DNA from: Pirellulales bacterium
GTDB lineage: Bacteria > Planctomycetota > Planctomycetia > Pirellulales > JAIMBC01
Length of the DNA: 64,000 nt
Assembly (NCBI GenBank): GCA_023511675.1
Contig: JAIMBC010000001.1
Span: 13,263 to 77,262, forward strand
Direction of reading: 5' to 3'
Made by a program: the position numbers and the translations under genes. Below are positions 63,924 to 64,000 of this stretch, piece after piece; positions within the stretch are counted from its first letter, which is position 1; every line of letters starts with the position of its first letter. The notes beneath the pieces were generated by a model. That model was not told where the DNA came from, made no database searches, and saw only the letters and a program-made list of their open reading frames with translations.

Positions 63924-64000
63924 CGAGCGCCCTCCTTATGCCGTAGCCAGCGATCTTCAGCCTTCCCCAGTCCCCAGGCCATCGCCAGCAGCAGCACCAG
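63920..64000 (-). CDS. 3' end of an upstream gene (probable exosortase; remainder outside window)
   Basis: The reverse strand reads LVLLLAMAWGLGKAEDRWLRHKEGAR* with its TGA overlapping the EpsI ATG. The hydrophobic tail is consistent with a membrane protein. Identity is inferred only from the usual exosortase-EpsI adjacency. Confidence 0.45.
   Translation of the reverse strand: MVLLLAMAWGLGKAEDRWLRHKEGAR

Overview
Visibly GC-rich, gene-dense bacterial chromosomal window. I call 44 protein-coding genes. I found no rRNA or tRNA, and no transposase, integrase, cas or reverse-transcriptase genes. Several features suggest a Planctomycetota-like genome, which is inference only: a lone Tat-signal DUF1501 protein, a 1208-aa secreted protein with an N-terminal LEDRRLLT motif plus DUF4214 repeats, Cys-rich small secreted proteins, GT87/DUF2029 enzymes, and long disordered inserts in Rho, PolA and PriA. 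Housekeeping genes include nadD, priA, tsaC, trpG/pabA, moeA, polA-coaE, rho-ribH-nusB-ftsY and sucCD, an IlvD/Edd dehydratase, a trans-sulfuration PLP enzyme and an enolase-superfamily/MlrC pair. Most long antisense ORFs in the track are GC-driven shadows of real genes. Best candidates for a second look: (1) a minus-strand operon at 52.3-64.0 kb running exosortase tail, EpsI, a 1545-aa TPR protein, three GT-C-type polytopic membrane proteins and a QW-motif protein. (2) A divergent HSP90 paralog translationally coupled (GTGA) to an uncharacterized Cys-bearing helical protein. (3) A 2-repeat/1-spacer CRISPR-like unit with a 61-nt period at 50.3 kb, with no cas genes nearby. (4) Two unusually long non-coding regions (2.2-3.3 kb and 22.5-23.3 kb) with periodic or structured motifs. 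(5) A small dispersed MITE/REP-like repeat family with 11-bp terminal inverted repeats. (6) A tightly overlapping cfa-like / flavin reductase-like / DinB operon. No claim here rests on database searches. All are from reading the sequence and translations.
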